This document shows, in pieces, positions 1 to 13,194 of a stretch of DNA of 64,000 nucleotides. The notes beneath the pieces are model-generated. The model saw only the letters and a program-made list of their open reading frames with translations, had not been told where the DNA came from and searched no databases. Source of the stretch: Takakia lepidozioides (Eukaryota > Plantae > Bryophyta); NCBI GenBank assembly GCA_030704615.1, contig CM060734.1, positions 60,450,001 through 60,514,000 of the forward strand. Reading direction: 5' to 3'. A program made the translations under genes and the position numbers. Within the stretch, counting starts at the first letter, position 1, and each line of letters begins with the position of its first letter.

Positions 1-3000
1 AGTTCCACACAAACAACCAGGAAATATCAAACCTACAACAAGAAATGTCTGGACAAAAGAAAGAGGAGTCTTTGTACCTTACAAAACTGTACCCCTCCTT
101 GACTCTGGAGACTAAACCTAGAAATCTTGCGTCTCCTCCCCAGCTCAGCTGTTCAGGCACTGCCAAGCCACTATGGCTTTCCTTCCTATAATTTGTTGGT
201 AACAAGCCAACAATTCCTGCCAGGGTCCTGCCTGCGGTCAATACCTTAACATTTTCTATCTTTCTCCACGTGTATGCAAGTTCTGGTTTAACGAGTAAAT
301 TTCCTGTGAAATGACCAAAAACTCACAACATGCGCACCCTTTGCCCCTGCCTCTCTCTCTCTCTCTCTCCCCTCCCTCCCTCTGCAGCCTTAAATTGGAC
401 TACTCTCGACAGTTAGATCAACTCATGATGCTCCAGTCAGTCCCTGCAAACTATCGCGACAATTGAGAAGCGTTCAATGCCAATTAAAAAAGACCCTGTA
501 GGACCCTCCATCTCAGTCCAGCCTCAAACCACGGGCTCTAGGAGCAGACAGGGACCAGAGACAGTAGGTCCTAACCACCAACTGGCACCAATAAAAACTC
601 TTAAGCAATCATAGAGCAACAGAAACGGAAAGACGAGCAGGCCATACCGAGCTGCGGTGACCTCCCATTTCGAGACAAGGCACAAACGGCTTCTGGAGGA
701 GCAATGCCACATACAGATGCCATTGACGCTGCCATCCTGCCTTCCAAACACTCCACGCTCGCGCTTCACATCAATCAGCGCTCCAATTCTCCAACACTGC
801 CCCACAACCGGCAAATGTAGAGCTTCCACCAATGTGGCACACTCTCATTTGGTGAGAGCAGACCCTTAGCAGGACCTCCTCTCTAAAAGCGATGACGTGT
901 CGCTCTTCCACTTAGCAATTGTTTAATAACGCACTCTTCTAAGCAGAAGATTTAGAGGAAGTGATGAGGGAGGGGGCTCGTGATTTCATTCCTCTTGAGC
1001 AACACCCACAGTTGATACAAGCCATGGTTTGTCAATGCATTGATTAAGCAGGCCAAGGATGTCTCAAGTTTAAACATGTTAGCACGTTAGCACCGAAAGG
1101 TTGCATCAACAAGTTCCAGCAATCTTTGTCAACAATCACCCTGGATTATTGACTCCGCCAGTTTTGAGATGGAGTATGATCAAGTCGTATAGATTTAGAA
1201 TGTACAAATGCAGCATAAGTTATGTGATATGTCCCAAGCTGTAAATTCGTTTCTTTTCGGAAGTGTGGCCAAGTCCGAGGATCCTGAAGATGCATGTAGC
1301 AGCCATTGTGGCAGAGTTATACCGGCTATGGCTGCAGTATGAGACCCGCACACTGATATCACCATCATTGTTGTCCGGTTCAATTCACCCCCCTAACTTC
1401 CTCCCCTTTCAATTCCCCTACTTATTACTCTTTTCCTCGGTCTCTGTGTCTGTTGTACAGGGGGTCAATGGCCACAAGGCTACGGCAAACAAAGTCTTAT
1501 GAGTACATTATGTCCAAAACCTGGTGGATACGAACCCACAACAGAAAAAGGGTTCTGGGAGGGTTAGATTCCTGCGGGGTCAATGGCCGTAAGGCTATGG
1601 CAAGCCGATGTTCGCAGGGAACGGCGTGAGTACATTCTGTATCTGTCTCCTTCTTTTTCTAGTCGTTTCGAGTCGTTCATTATTTGAGAGAGTCCCATAT
1701 GCTCTTTGGGCTTTTGTTGACGTTGTGAAGACTCTCCCTCCTTTCTTGGGTGACCACAACTCATTACTTGAAGCAACAGACATTTGCAACACACTTCAGC
1801 TAAGTTCTCATGCACTCTGTTGTGAATGATTTCACCTTCTTGTCTAGTGGAGTTAGTCAAGTTGCTTGCATCAACTGATTCAACCACTTCATAGTTTCTT
1901 ACAATGTAAAGAAGAAATAAACGATTGACCTTTTCAAACAGGCCGAAGCGTCAGATCCAGAAGCACTCGACCTGGACCCACAGGTCATTACAGGCAGTAA
2001 GTCACCGGGGTACGAGTTGGGTGGGACTCGGCCATTCAATCTGTTCGTCCTCTGCGGCATGACTTGTCAAGGGCTCAGTCTCGTGCAATCGAGGCCTCAT
2101 TGGAGCAAGACGAGCCGTGGGTCCCCCCGCTGGAGCCTCACCTGAAGACTCCTGAAGAAGAAGTATGCTTCTTACATTGCGTTGCTCACCATACAATTAG
2201 CAGTCTGGCAATCCTAGGATATTCTTGTTGAGGCTGTTAATTCATTTGTTTCTGGTTTAAGTCTCATTCACCAAGGAAGAGCTGTGATAGATAGTTTATG
2301 TTGTATAGTTGTGTCCATGTCTTGTGCAATTGACCCTTTGCCCATTGCATGTTCATCACAACGTGAGAGCAGCTACGTTATTAATGTAAACTCATCAAGC
2401 TGTAGTGAATCCTACACACTGTGGCAGGTAGCTATGGGTCTGTCTGAATACAGATCATGTATTTCATATATATGTTTACAAAGCAGTCTGTTGTAGACTT
2501 GACCAATATCCTATTCTTGGAAAGTAGATTATTCTCAGCTACCTGCTTTTTATCGCAGGTCTACTGAAGTTAGATACATAATTAATGGAACAGCATTCTA
2601 CAAGTGAATACTGCATTTCAGCAACTGCTTGTTGGTAAAATTAGTTTTAATGTGCGCTCTTTTTGAGATTTCAGGCACTGATTGAACGTGCAATGCAAGT
2701 TCCAGAGTTTGACAGCGAAGCACGCCACACTCTGTGAGTGCATGGCCCAGATTGATGTAAATGAATTGTGAATTATGAATAGTGTTCATCATTTATGAAT
2801 CCAACCCGCAAAAGGAATCCTTTCGATCTTGGGAGTGGGTAGTAAGACTTGAGAGGCAGCAATTCTTTTGGAATTTATTGTGGAAGTGTTGGGCTGACTC
2901 GACAAGATATGTTGTGCCTGTTGCAGATGATAAACTTGCCTGTTGAGATTATTTGGAAGAAGAAGAGGGTGAAGATGATAAAGTTTGTCTTTGTTTGTGC

Positions 3001-3611
3001 CTTGGAACCAGCACATGATTGCAGTGTAGTGAATGAATGGTTCATTAATCTCTCAACCTGGGCTCTCATCCCCTTCTGATTGCTGATCGTCATGTAGACG
3101 CGTACTACTTACTGTTAGGGATTGAACCCAATCATCATGTGGCCAGGTGCATTCCCAGTCAGGAAATGTGCCTATGCATACGCACTTGGATTCTTTAGGT
3201 TGCATCAGTTCACCTGCATGCTTTTGTTTGCCTGGAATCAATTTCATGGCATATCCTCCACACTTACACCCCTCAAAGAAAACATCTCTTGCTGTTATAG
3301 GAGATGTAAATCACATGATACGTGAATGGATTACAATGTTTTAATGGTGAGTCTCCTTTTCCAGTCTTGTTGAGCTCGAAGTACTCGCTCCAAAATATGA
3401 ATCAAACATTACAAATAATTTGAGTTGGTCTTGGATCCTGTACTCAATTCAGTAAGTCGCTGGTGAATCTGCTCAGTTTTGAAATCAGCATGACTGTACC
3501 GTTGTTCCCCCCTCTCTCAAATGAATGTTATTCTTCTATTCCACTTTGTGATCCCACGAGGCAGCAGGTTGTGGAAACAGCACCTGTAGCAAGCTTGTCT
3601 TTCTTGCTTGA

Positions 3612-6600
3612 TTATCCTGCTGCCCTGGAGGATATCTTTATGGGCATTGCATCAATTCTGGCATCTAAGCCACTCTTCCCAGTAGCTGGAGCTTCTTTGG
3701 GTTGCTCTGCCTTGGAGGTTTCTGCAGACTCTGGTTCAGGTTTTGTTTCCAGTTTGGGCGTAGATTGGGTTTCTGGTTCTCTGTCTGGCTCGGGCTTGGA
3801 CTGGGGTTGAGGTTCTGTTTCAGGCTGGGGTTGAGTTTGGGGTTCAGGGATTTGCTCAGGCTCTGATTTGGCCTCAGGCTTGAGAGAAGGTTCGGGTGCA
3901 GGCTCAGAATTTGGTTTAGGTTCAGGAGAAGATTCAGGCTCGGAAATAGGTTTAGAAACAGGCTCAGGGTCGGAAGCAGGCTGAGGCTTGGGGTCAGGTT
4001 TTGGCTTAGGTTCCGGCTCAACTGTTGCTGATATGAGAGTGATCACCTTACTTGGAGAGGTTTTGGTAGTGACCTGAAGCACCGCGGATGTTGCAACATA
4101 GCCAGTCACCTTCACTCTGTTGGTATAGATGTCAACAGTTACAGATTCAACACCTGACATTCAACAAGCACACTCTTAGTGTAGGCATCACTTCATGATC
4201 ACCCACTCAGTCATTTGTCAACAGCCACCTTCTCAGGTATATCCGAAAGCATTATACGGCAAATATGTGACCTACATTTGATCATTGAACAATGTGGCAG
4301 GTTCATGGTGGAACATCTCTCAACACATTCACCAAAGAGGGATAAAAAGTTTTGGAAACCATCCGAGAGGAAGTCCACTGCTGTAGATTCGAATTCAGGA
4401 GGCAAAACGAAGATCCCAGGTTGGAAATGCATATATGCTTTATTCAGCTCCAAATTGACAAAGAGAAGAGCATTGAAGCTTTTACCAGGCACGTTATAGA
4501 GGGCTCCTTTGATGTCCGAAATGCATTTCTCACAACACACGTTATTATATTGCAACTCCAAAGTCTGGACACAAAGCAGCATATCGTCAGGAACTTAGTG
4601 AATATGGAATAGACCCAAGAAGATGGTTGGTGGTGGGTGTGATTAGAACTGCCCGCTGGTTGTAACATTCTGCTTTTAGGCATCAGCACTGTGGCCGACT
4701 TTATTTCAATGGGTACTTGGTATCAAGTGAGATCTTGCAAAGATTGAGGACTGGATATGCCTCTCACTGTAAGGCCTAAGGAGCTTAAAAAGTTCCAAAT
4801 AAGAGAAACCCACAGGAGACTTTGAGACCGTATGGTGGCAGAAACAAACAAGATCTCGTGATACATGTGTTTTACCTGGTTTTGTGGCATCCTCTTCAAA
4901 GCTTCCTCAGCCCGGCTCAGATCTGCCTGTAGCTTCTCTTTTGCTAACCTCAACTCTGCTAAGTCAGTATTCAGTTGTGCATTTTCTGCTCTTAGCTTGA
5001 CCAGCTCCTTGCGCTCCTCCAATACCTGTGAGAAGCCCAGGAATGGATATCAGCAATTGTGATGAACAACTGCAGCTGGATTATATTCAGTTGTAGGGGA
5101 AGCTTAATATTTTATTCAATATTTCTGATCATTCTCTTTTTCCCATGGCTGTCAAATATATACCTTTCATTCCTGCGGACTTTCGCTCTCTAATGATTGA
5201 GGAAATTTCCACACATCATGAGATTCTGAATCTCATATTTTAGTCAGTGCTGGGTGTGGATGCATGTACTCTTTTGCAATGACCCACTTAAGATGTCTCA
5301 CACCAACCTTTTCAACAAATTTAGGAATCAACTACATGCAGCAGCATCATCATCTCAGCAGTGAGATCTCCACCACACAACCATACTGTTTGTCTATGGG
5401 ATGGAATCAGATTGTGACCGACAAAGGACTACTTGAAATAATCGTATCGTTAGAATGAACGATGGGTTTGACCAGTACCTTTTTGACATAATCACGGAGT
5501 TTGATGACCTCCACAGGCTGTGCGGGGTCATGCTTAATGGCTTGGTTCAAATCTGCCAATGAGCCCTCGCAATCAGCTGACAAAAATTTGAAGACACCTC
5601 TGTATAGAAGTGCCAAGACGTCGTCTTGTCTGAGTTGGAGGGACTTATCCAAATCCCCTACAGCTCCCTCGTAGTCCCCTGACAAACCTTTTATGCAACC
5701 CCGAATCCTGTGCAGATACATGAACTATTCAGTACTTTCTCCAAACAGAACAAAAATGGAAGGATGCAATTTGGTCCTGGGTAACATAGCAGCTGTGCAC
5801 AAGATACATGTGCACATGACAGGAGGGAGGTTGGGAGGAGTTTAATCAAACATCCAATTAAAGCTGCTTCAATATTTGAAAGCTGAGTGCTCAATGAAGA
5901 GCCTTACCGGAAGGGGACGTTTTTCTGAGGCTCGAGCTCAATGGCTTGGTTCATATCTGCCAGTCCCTTCCGCCAATACTCTGTGTGATAGTCTACCTGT
6001 TGGGGGTGGATCCCGAGCATGCTAGTGGTCGGCTGTTTCTCCAGCCTTTGTACCAGTTGCCTGTTGACATCAGTCATCTCCATCTTCACAGCACTGCCAA
6101 TGGTGACAAGCTCATTGGTTACCATCGCACTTTTCCAATATACAATGCTCCATTTGTGTGATTTCTTAAATGCAAATTTCCAAACATGAAAACCCATTCA
6201 CTCCCTGCCTGATGGAAGCTGGTAGCAGTCTCTCTCATCCCAGAAACTATTTGGGTCTCCTTCCAATGTTACAAAGCTTTTCTTTATCATCTTTCACTCT
6301 TTCACCTGCAACTGAAATAGATACGGCCCTCTCTTGATTCAAGATTATGGGTATTATGGAAATGATTATATTGATGGATGGTTTGTGCTTCTTGAGAAAA
6401 TCTGGAAGACCTGAATGATCTTCAATCAAAGGCCCCACTCTGCTCTTCCCTGGTACCCCTCCCCCAACTTGCCCACTTTCTGCTCTGTCCAAACTGGGCA
6501 CTCACGTATGGCAAACAAGTAAGTCAATCCATCTCTCCCTATAAAGCACCATTTCATTTAATTTCATCTCTCCCTATCTCCATCCCTCTTCAAAATTTCT

Positions 6601-9600
6601 GGCAGCCCCTAAGTAAGCTTGTCAGATGAGTGGAATGTTTTATATTACCTGTCCCAAGGAGAAATCAGCCTCTGGAAGTGGTCATCTGGACCCCATAAGT
6701 TGTACATCTCATTCAGCTCCTGATGTCTGTGGAGATAATGTGGCATCAGGCAAGCCATAGCATTGCATAAAGCATGGGTAAGACTGCTTTGAATGTCACA
6801 GAAAAATGCTCGCCCCCATAATGATGTGATCTACAGATGGATCAAATAGAGGTAAACTCTTTCAAACTCTGCTTGTACTGTCAAAACGAATCATACCTCT
6901 TCATTGGCGACCCTCCCAGCAACATGAAGTTCCCTAGCACCAAGCCAGCCACCACTGCCACAAGCTGCAGCACAGGTAGGAAGAAGACTTCCCCAACTCC
7001 ACCAAGAATGGGCCACCAAAAACTTCTTGGCAACACTACAGTTGCCAGGGCTACCAATGCCAGGAGATAGATGCTCATTGGATCTGTTACAGGCAATTGT
7101 AGTCTCAGTCGGAGGAGCAAGAGAATCCACAGACATCATTGATTGCAGCTTTTGAGTACACAAAGATCTACTGACGATTAGGAGAAACTTCCATGTTAGA
7201 ATCTCCTGTAGCCCAAACGAACAAGTCCTCACTCCAGTATTCATTACCAACATGGCACAAATGATATTTCTCATAACTGGAATTGCTGATCTCTACTAGA
7301 GGACCACCCTCCCTCTCGTTGTTCCCCCAGGTGTTACACCTACTTACACCGATAGCAACCTCTTTTCACAAATGATAATTGACAGTAAAAACCATACTGG
7401 TAAAATTTGGGCCTGGCTTCTCGAGGGAACATGGAGGCTCCAATAGAAGTCTACAAAGACAAATAATTGGATGACATACTCAAGGCTGGTCTTCGGTAAG
7501 AGCTGACAGGGATGAGACTGCTCCGAACAATGACAGCACTTCCTCCCAACTCCACAATTTTTGTAGCATAGATCAATGCACCTCTGTCAAGATGGAAAGG
7601 CTCCTTCACAAAGGTCACATCCATATACCCTGCCCCCTGGTCATGGGAAAAACCTCCCTGCACCAGCCATGCTGCAAATAGTTTAACACACAAAATTGGC
7701 CTCATTCAGTTGTCAAGAACCACATAATTGCCTAGCTCACCAGCTCGCTCTATCTGGCTCCACCGTGCCAAGTGAATCAAATTATCGAGCGACCCTCTAG
7801 CGTTCCTGCGTTTTTGCAGACCACTAGATAGATCTCTCTCCCCCCCACTCAAGTAAACGCATTGTGAGTCCCTTGAGTAACCTCACATAAGTGCTGATTT
7901 AGTTCAAATGGTTTCCAGTACAAAAAACCAAAGGCAATTTTCAACAAACGAAGGAGAGCCAACAATACATCATGCATGTACCGTTATGAAGGATTTGCTT
8001 CTGAGTGATACACTTCTGTTGGCTGTTGCAGCCCTTATCTGTACCCCCTCCAGGAAAAGACCCTCCACTCTCAACTCTTGACCTGGTCAAAACATCACAG
8101 TATGAGGAGTAAGCCATAGATCTCTCTTTCCCTTTAGTTCGACTTTTTCTGGTGCTATGCATCATTGTCCATAAGCTCCTTGGATTGTCCTGGACGTTAT
8201 ACAGCTCCTCTTTCCTTCCTAGTTCTTGATTTTGTTTTCTATCCGACGGACCCTGTGTGGACATTATGAAGCTTCTTTCTTTCTTTTTATTGTAGCTTCC
8301 CATGGAGAATATAAAGCTCTTGTATAAAAATTCATTGTCGAAGGATGCGGTCGTGCTTCCGGAATGTCCGGCATGTTGTTGGTCACAGTCCATTCTAACA
8401 TGCAATCCAAATATCCCATATGCCTCCTATGTGACCCACACACACTGATGTCTACTCTTAAATGAACGGAGAAACCAAAACCACTGTGTTGTGAAGGTCT
8501 GAGCTATGAAATTGCATCCTAAGATTTGATTTTTTGACAGATAGACTAGTACTCTATGTGTGTTAGCTGTACCTGCTTCACGGGTTGACTCCACCAGTAT
8601 TGGAACGTCCCCATCTTGCAGTTTGCGCAACTGAACTTTACCCTCTGTATGTCACAAGCAAAAAACTTGGGCCCGATCAAATGCTGGTCACATGAAACAT
8701 GATAAGGAGACAGTGAGATTGCTCTACTCATTCTGTCTTAAATCATTCAATATCACAAAGAGTTGTTCGTGAGTTGAACACTAAATGCTGAATCAGATAG
8801 GGAATCAGACTGACAAGATGTTGACCCAACGGCTGCGTAAGACGTTTGTATTGTTCTCACCAGTGTGCAAGATGATGCCCCAGCTCCCCAGCTGCAGAGT
8901 GCTCCGTTGGTCAAGTTCAATCCCTTGTTTTGCAAGCTCCCATGCTCCATCTAACAGGTGAGCAGTGACCGGAAGTCTCGACTGCAAAAGAATGGAGGAA
9001 TCCACCACTTGATGGACGTGCCTGCCACCTAAGCGATTGAGCTTATGCTTAAGTTTAGCCACATCTTCCGATGAGACATTCCTTCCAATCGCTACGGTTC
9101 CCAGGACAGTCTCACTTGATGGGACTTTTATCGCTCCCCTCAGCCTTTGTTTTTCTAATAAAAGGTCCTCTCTTTCTTTTGATATTTTCTCCGATGAGAG
9201 AGATGGTAGTGTTTTGGACACCGGTGTTGAATGCCATAATTCGGCCAGCAGGTCTTGTAGCCCAGTCAAGAATGTTTTGGTCGCTCTCAAGTGTTGCAGA
9301 ATTGCATCCTGCCTTTCCTCTGGGCGCTCCGTGAAAAAAGGTCTAATCCGCACCCAAACATATGAACACAACAAGCCAATCAAAAGCGCGACTGGGACTG
9401 AAGGACCCCAAGTCCCGAAACTTTGATGTGAATATATGCCCCTGCAATTTAGGCACTCCCTATTGCAGCTCGATAGGTATCCGAATCCTGGAACTAACGA
9501 CATAGTGTTCCAACCTCTCACAAACACAGGACGTAGGTCCTGAGAAGCCCTGATTTGTTGAGCTCGCAAATTCACGAAGCCTTCTAGTGCGATGTATGGA

Positions 9601-9650
9601 AGTAGGACGAGCGAAATCCTGCCCCTGGTCACTTCGCTATTGTGCGTCAC
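3612..9650 (-). CDS. Multi-exon gene: unknown N-terminal region, TPR repeats, coiled coil, HMA domain and Pro/Glu-rich tail (exon structure approximate)
   Basis: Minus-strand exon-like ORFs: 8805-9650 (unknown); ~8572-8646; ~7500-7640; ~5930-6090 (..KGLADMNQAIELEP); 5460-5710 (TPR-like GDYEGAVGDLDKSLQLRQDDVLALLYRG..ADLNQAIKHDP); ~4876-5026 (coiled coil EERKELVKLRAENAQL); ~4487-4566 plus 3612-4154 (HMA: VCCEKCISDIKGALYNVPG/VESVTVD..RVKVTG, then a PEPKP-rich tail and stop at 3612). GT/AG sites flank most segments. Joining all of them into one gene is an inference. Confidence 0.6.
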
Positions 9651-11168
9651 ACTGTCTTGATTTCAGTATTCGATGAGCACAATTTTCACCCACTAATCGA
9701 AACTTTTCAAGTGAGGGAGGCCTGCAGCAATGTAACAATTCCCATAACCGGGCCACTGGTGTGGTGGATTTCACTTGTCATTCGATCTCCTTCAAGGGAC
9801 ACTCGTGTGACCGCTCTTTCTGAATTTCTATTCAGTTTCACACGCTCGCAGTGGCTGACACTGGGCTGAACCTTCCAATGAAGTCTTCACACTGTTTCTG
9901 AAAACACTACACGAGATCCACATACATCACAATTTGTGCTTTCACTTGTGAACAATTATGGTATTCTCATGACAGACCAACAATGGGCAAAGGTGAAATC
10001 CTCTTGGCATTCATGCATCTCATATTCATGCGAGGTCGCCCAATCATACACATTCAGAATGGACAGAAGGGTGAAGTGTCGCTGCAACTAACAAGGACTC
10101 TCAAATTCAGTAGGCTTGTTTATATTGCGGATTTCCAAGACCTCCCAGGCCAGGCAAGCGATGCAATGTAAATTCTATCTATCCAGGTTCAATCGATTCA
10201 AGGGTCCTCTGCATTGCGTGTCCCACAATAGAACGACATACAGCGTAAGTACAGTCTACCACGGGACTAGGAAAACTACCCAAATTGAAAGGTGAAAATT
10301 TTTCAGCCAGAGACTCTCGATATATCGGTTGGAGAAAAACCATAATCTGCTGCTTGATTCTCAAGTTCTCGTCCACAATGCTGAAGCAGACAGTGAAAAA
10401 ACACAAAGGAAAACAACAAGAGGGAATGTTCCCAGTCTCCAGAACTTGGTTCCACCACAACAGCTCGCTTCTTCACGATTCCTTGTTGAAATGTACAAAC
10501 ACACGAGCAGCTAGAGAGAGTGAAAGACGTAGCCGAGCAAGAGAGGTGTGGAGAAGGACAGACGAGTGAGGCACGCTCCATCGAGACACGGCCATCGCTT
10601 TGGAGACGAATACGTATACAGACTTCTCTAATATACGTCTAATACTGAAATAATTAATAATTAATAATTAATAAACAAAAATTGTTTATTAATTTGAACC
10701 AGCTACCTTAGAGAGAAATTCAAAAATTCGGTCCAATCGTCCAATCATTAAAAGAGCGAGATTTGTATTTTCCATTTTCTTAGCTGATATCATATAATTT
10801 TAACTTACTAACCATTATACGAGTACAGAATTCGTTGACTGGTAGGTATTATACATCCATCCGAAAAAGTGCGTGGACGGTGCACCGCCCCTGTGCTGCA
10901 TTGACACGTGTCGTTGACAAGTTCTAGCAACATTACACACGTTCACATTTTGAGGTTCACATTTTGAGGTCGCAATATATCTTTTCAAAAACCATCCTTT
11001 TCTTATGGCAGTGTGAAAGAGGATTTTATCTTCGAAATATTTACTTATCTTTTGAAAAATGGAAGATAATAGAAATAAAGTAAGAAATTTAATGCACACG
11101 TGCAACCTCTGACAGGATGGTAGGCCCGGTTTCTGGCATGTCAAATCTTCCCCACCTTCTCTTGAGAG

Positions 11169-11443
11169 CAGTGTTTTTCCAAAATCGCAGGCAGGGCGAT
11201 ATGTAGATTCTACCCAACGCCCATGTGGCGAGAATAACGAGGTGACAGAGCTAGAAAAGAGGCTATATTACAGGTGTCATATTTTAACAGGTACACGTAG
11301 GATAAATCTGGCTCCTGGTATTTAACCTTTGGCACTTTCTGGCGATTTTCTTGATTTTTATTCCCATATTTCCTTTAGTAAAAGTAGCTGACCCATTTTC
11401 AAGGTCGAAATCTGGCGAATTTTTGCCAGATTATAAAACACTG
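11169..11443. mobile_element. hAT-family MITE (275 bp)
   Basis: TIR CAGTGTTTT...AAAACACTG with a perfect 8-bp TSD CTTGAGAG (11161-11168 and 11444-11451). It is absent from the opposite arm of the inverted repeat. Confidence 0.9.
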
Positions 11444-11475
11444 CTTGAGAGTGACATGGAACTGAAGGAGTGTAA

Positions 11476-11640
11476 TATATATATATATATGGACGCCTCC
11501 GAAGGGAGCATAAATCATGGTGTCTCTTCACCCCTAAGGGCTACTGCCTTCCAGCTGAAAGGTGGACACCTTCATGACACACCAGACCGTGGTTTGAACC
11601 CACAACCACATCCAAAGTGGTATGTGCCCATTACATGCTG
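11476..11640 (-). mobile_element. tRNA-derived SINE, family A, with (TA)n tail
   Basis: Homologous to 31510-31668. The minus strand has B-box-like GGGTTCAAACC and ends in (TA)n. Confidence 0.6.
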
Positions 11641-12012
11641 GTATAATTTCTAATCGGGGTGTTACATTGGCTTAGAGGACGAGGTGTGCAACTCCACTTG
11701 GGGTTACATTGGGTGTGTAACTCGACTCGGGATTACACAGAATGGAGTGTAACTCCGCTGGGTGTAACCCACACTTGGTCTCGAGATTTGATGAAGTCCA
11801 AATTTGCCTAAGTATAAAATGGCTAACTAGAGTTACATGAGAGACCGGGTGCAGAGGATTACGCTGATTGGAATACAAATACCCAGGTTACAGTACAAGA
11901 GCCTCCCATCAAGAATTGGACCCAGAAAATTGTCGTCTGCAATGCTATTACCTTACCATCACACTACCCACCACAACATGAAATCCACTTGGATTCTTAA
12001 GTAAAATTTTAG

Positions 12013-13194
12013 CACTACAGGTATTTCAAACAAAAACAAAATAAAAATAAAATAGCGACGTCGCGGCGTCGCTAAAGCCCCTTTTTGGGGCGGGGACGTA
12101 GAATTCCCAGATTGTGACACCCGAGCGTTGTCGCAGCAGCGTCATTAGAATATCATCGCTAATTAGCGACGTTAGGTGACGCCGACGCGACTTGCAACCC
12201 CTGGACGTCGCAATTTTTATTTTTTTTTTCTTATCTGCGATGCCGCATTAGCAACGTTCGGGGGTCGCAAAGTGGGATTTGAGTTTAGGGGGGTACATTT
12301 GAATTTAAATGGGAAAATGTGAATTTCAAAATTTGAATTTGAATTTCAAAAACTTGTTGACCATTGACTCCGGTTATGTCCAATGGCAGTACGTTCATGG
12401 CTCTACATATATTAGGCAATATATACTTGAATCTAGGACCTCCACATTATGTCATTTCTAAGACACTATAGACTAACCAACACACCTACGATACATCTAT
12501 GTATCACAAAAGCAGTCGAAATATATATATATATATATATATACATATCAAGATTTCTTTCAAGTTCGGTCCTTCTTGTGACGTCGAGGAGTTGCAACCT
12601 CCGCAGCCTTAGTGCCTAGCCCCAGCCCCAGCGTCGTCGCCGTTGTTGCAGCCCCAGCGCTAGGCGCCTCAAGCGACGTCCTTGTGATGCCCTAAGCTAG
12701 CTACGACACCGTTGCGACCCCCTGTGGCGACACCGTTACGACCCCTTGGCGTCGCAGCGTTGGGTGTCCCCAGCGACGCTTTTGTGACGTTGGGGGGCTG
12801 CAAGCCCACCAAAAAAAAAAAAAAAAACCCTATGTGGCGACGCCGTTGCGACCCCCCGGCGTCGCAGCGTGCTGGGGCGCCCCCAGCGACGTTTTTGCGA
12901 CGTCAAGGGTCGCAACGCCCAAAAAAAAATTGGCGTTGCGACCACCCGGCATCGCAAGAAAAAAAACACCCATCGCAACCCCCCGCGACGACGCACCACC
13001 GTCACATGTCTTGGCGCCATTGGGGGGCCCCTTTCCCCCCTTCATGCCACCTTGCGACGGCTGTGCTTCACATCGGGCGATTATGATGTCGGGGCGTCGC
13101 AAAAAGGGGCCGCGGAGGTGGCATCGCAGGCCAAGCGTGGAAGCGCGGCTGGCGTCGCTATTACCTGCCCCCCCCCCCCCCATTTGCAGTAGTG
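12013..13194. mobile_element. Non-autonomous CACTA (En/Spm) element
   Basis: Termini CACTACAG...CAGTAGTG, 3-bp TSD TAG on both sides, and dense subterminal GCGAC/GTCGC repeats in both orientations. Confidence 0.92.

Noticed and set aside
1-3400. Possible degenerate TE or gene fragments and a short (CT)n microsatellite at ~350-368
   Set aside because: No motif could be recognised well enough to support a call.
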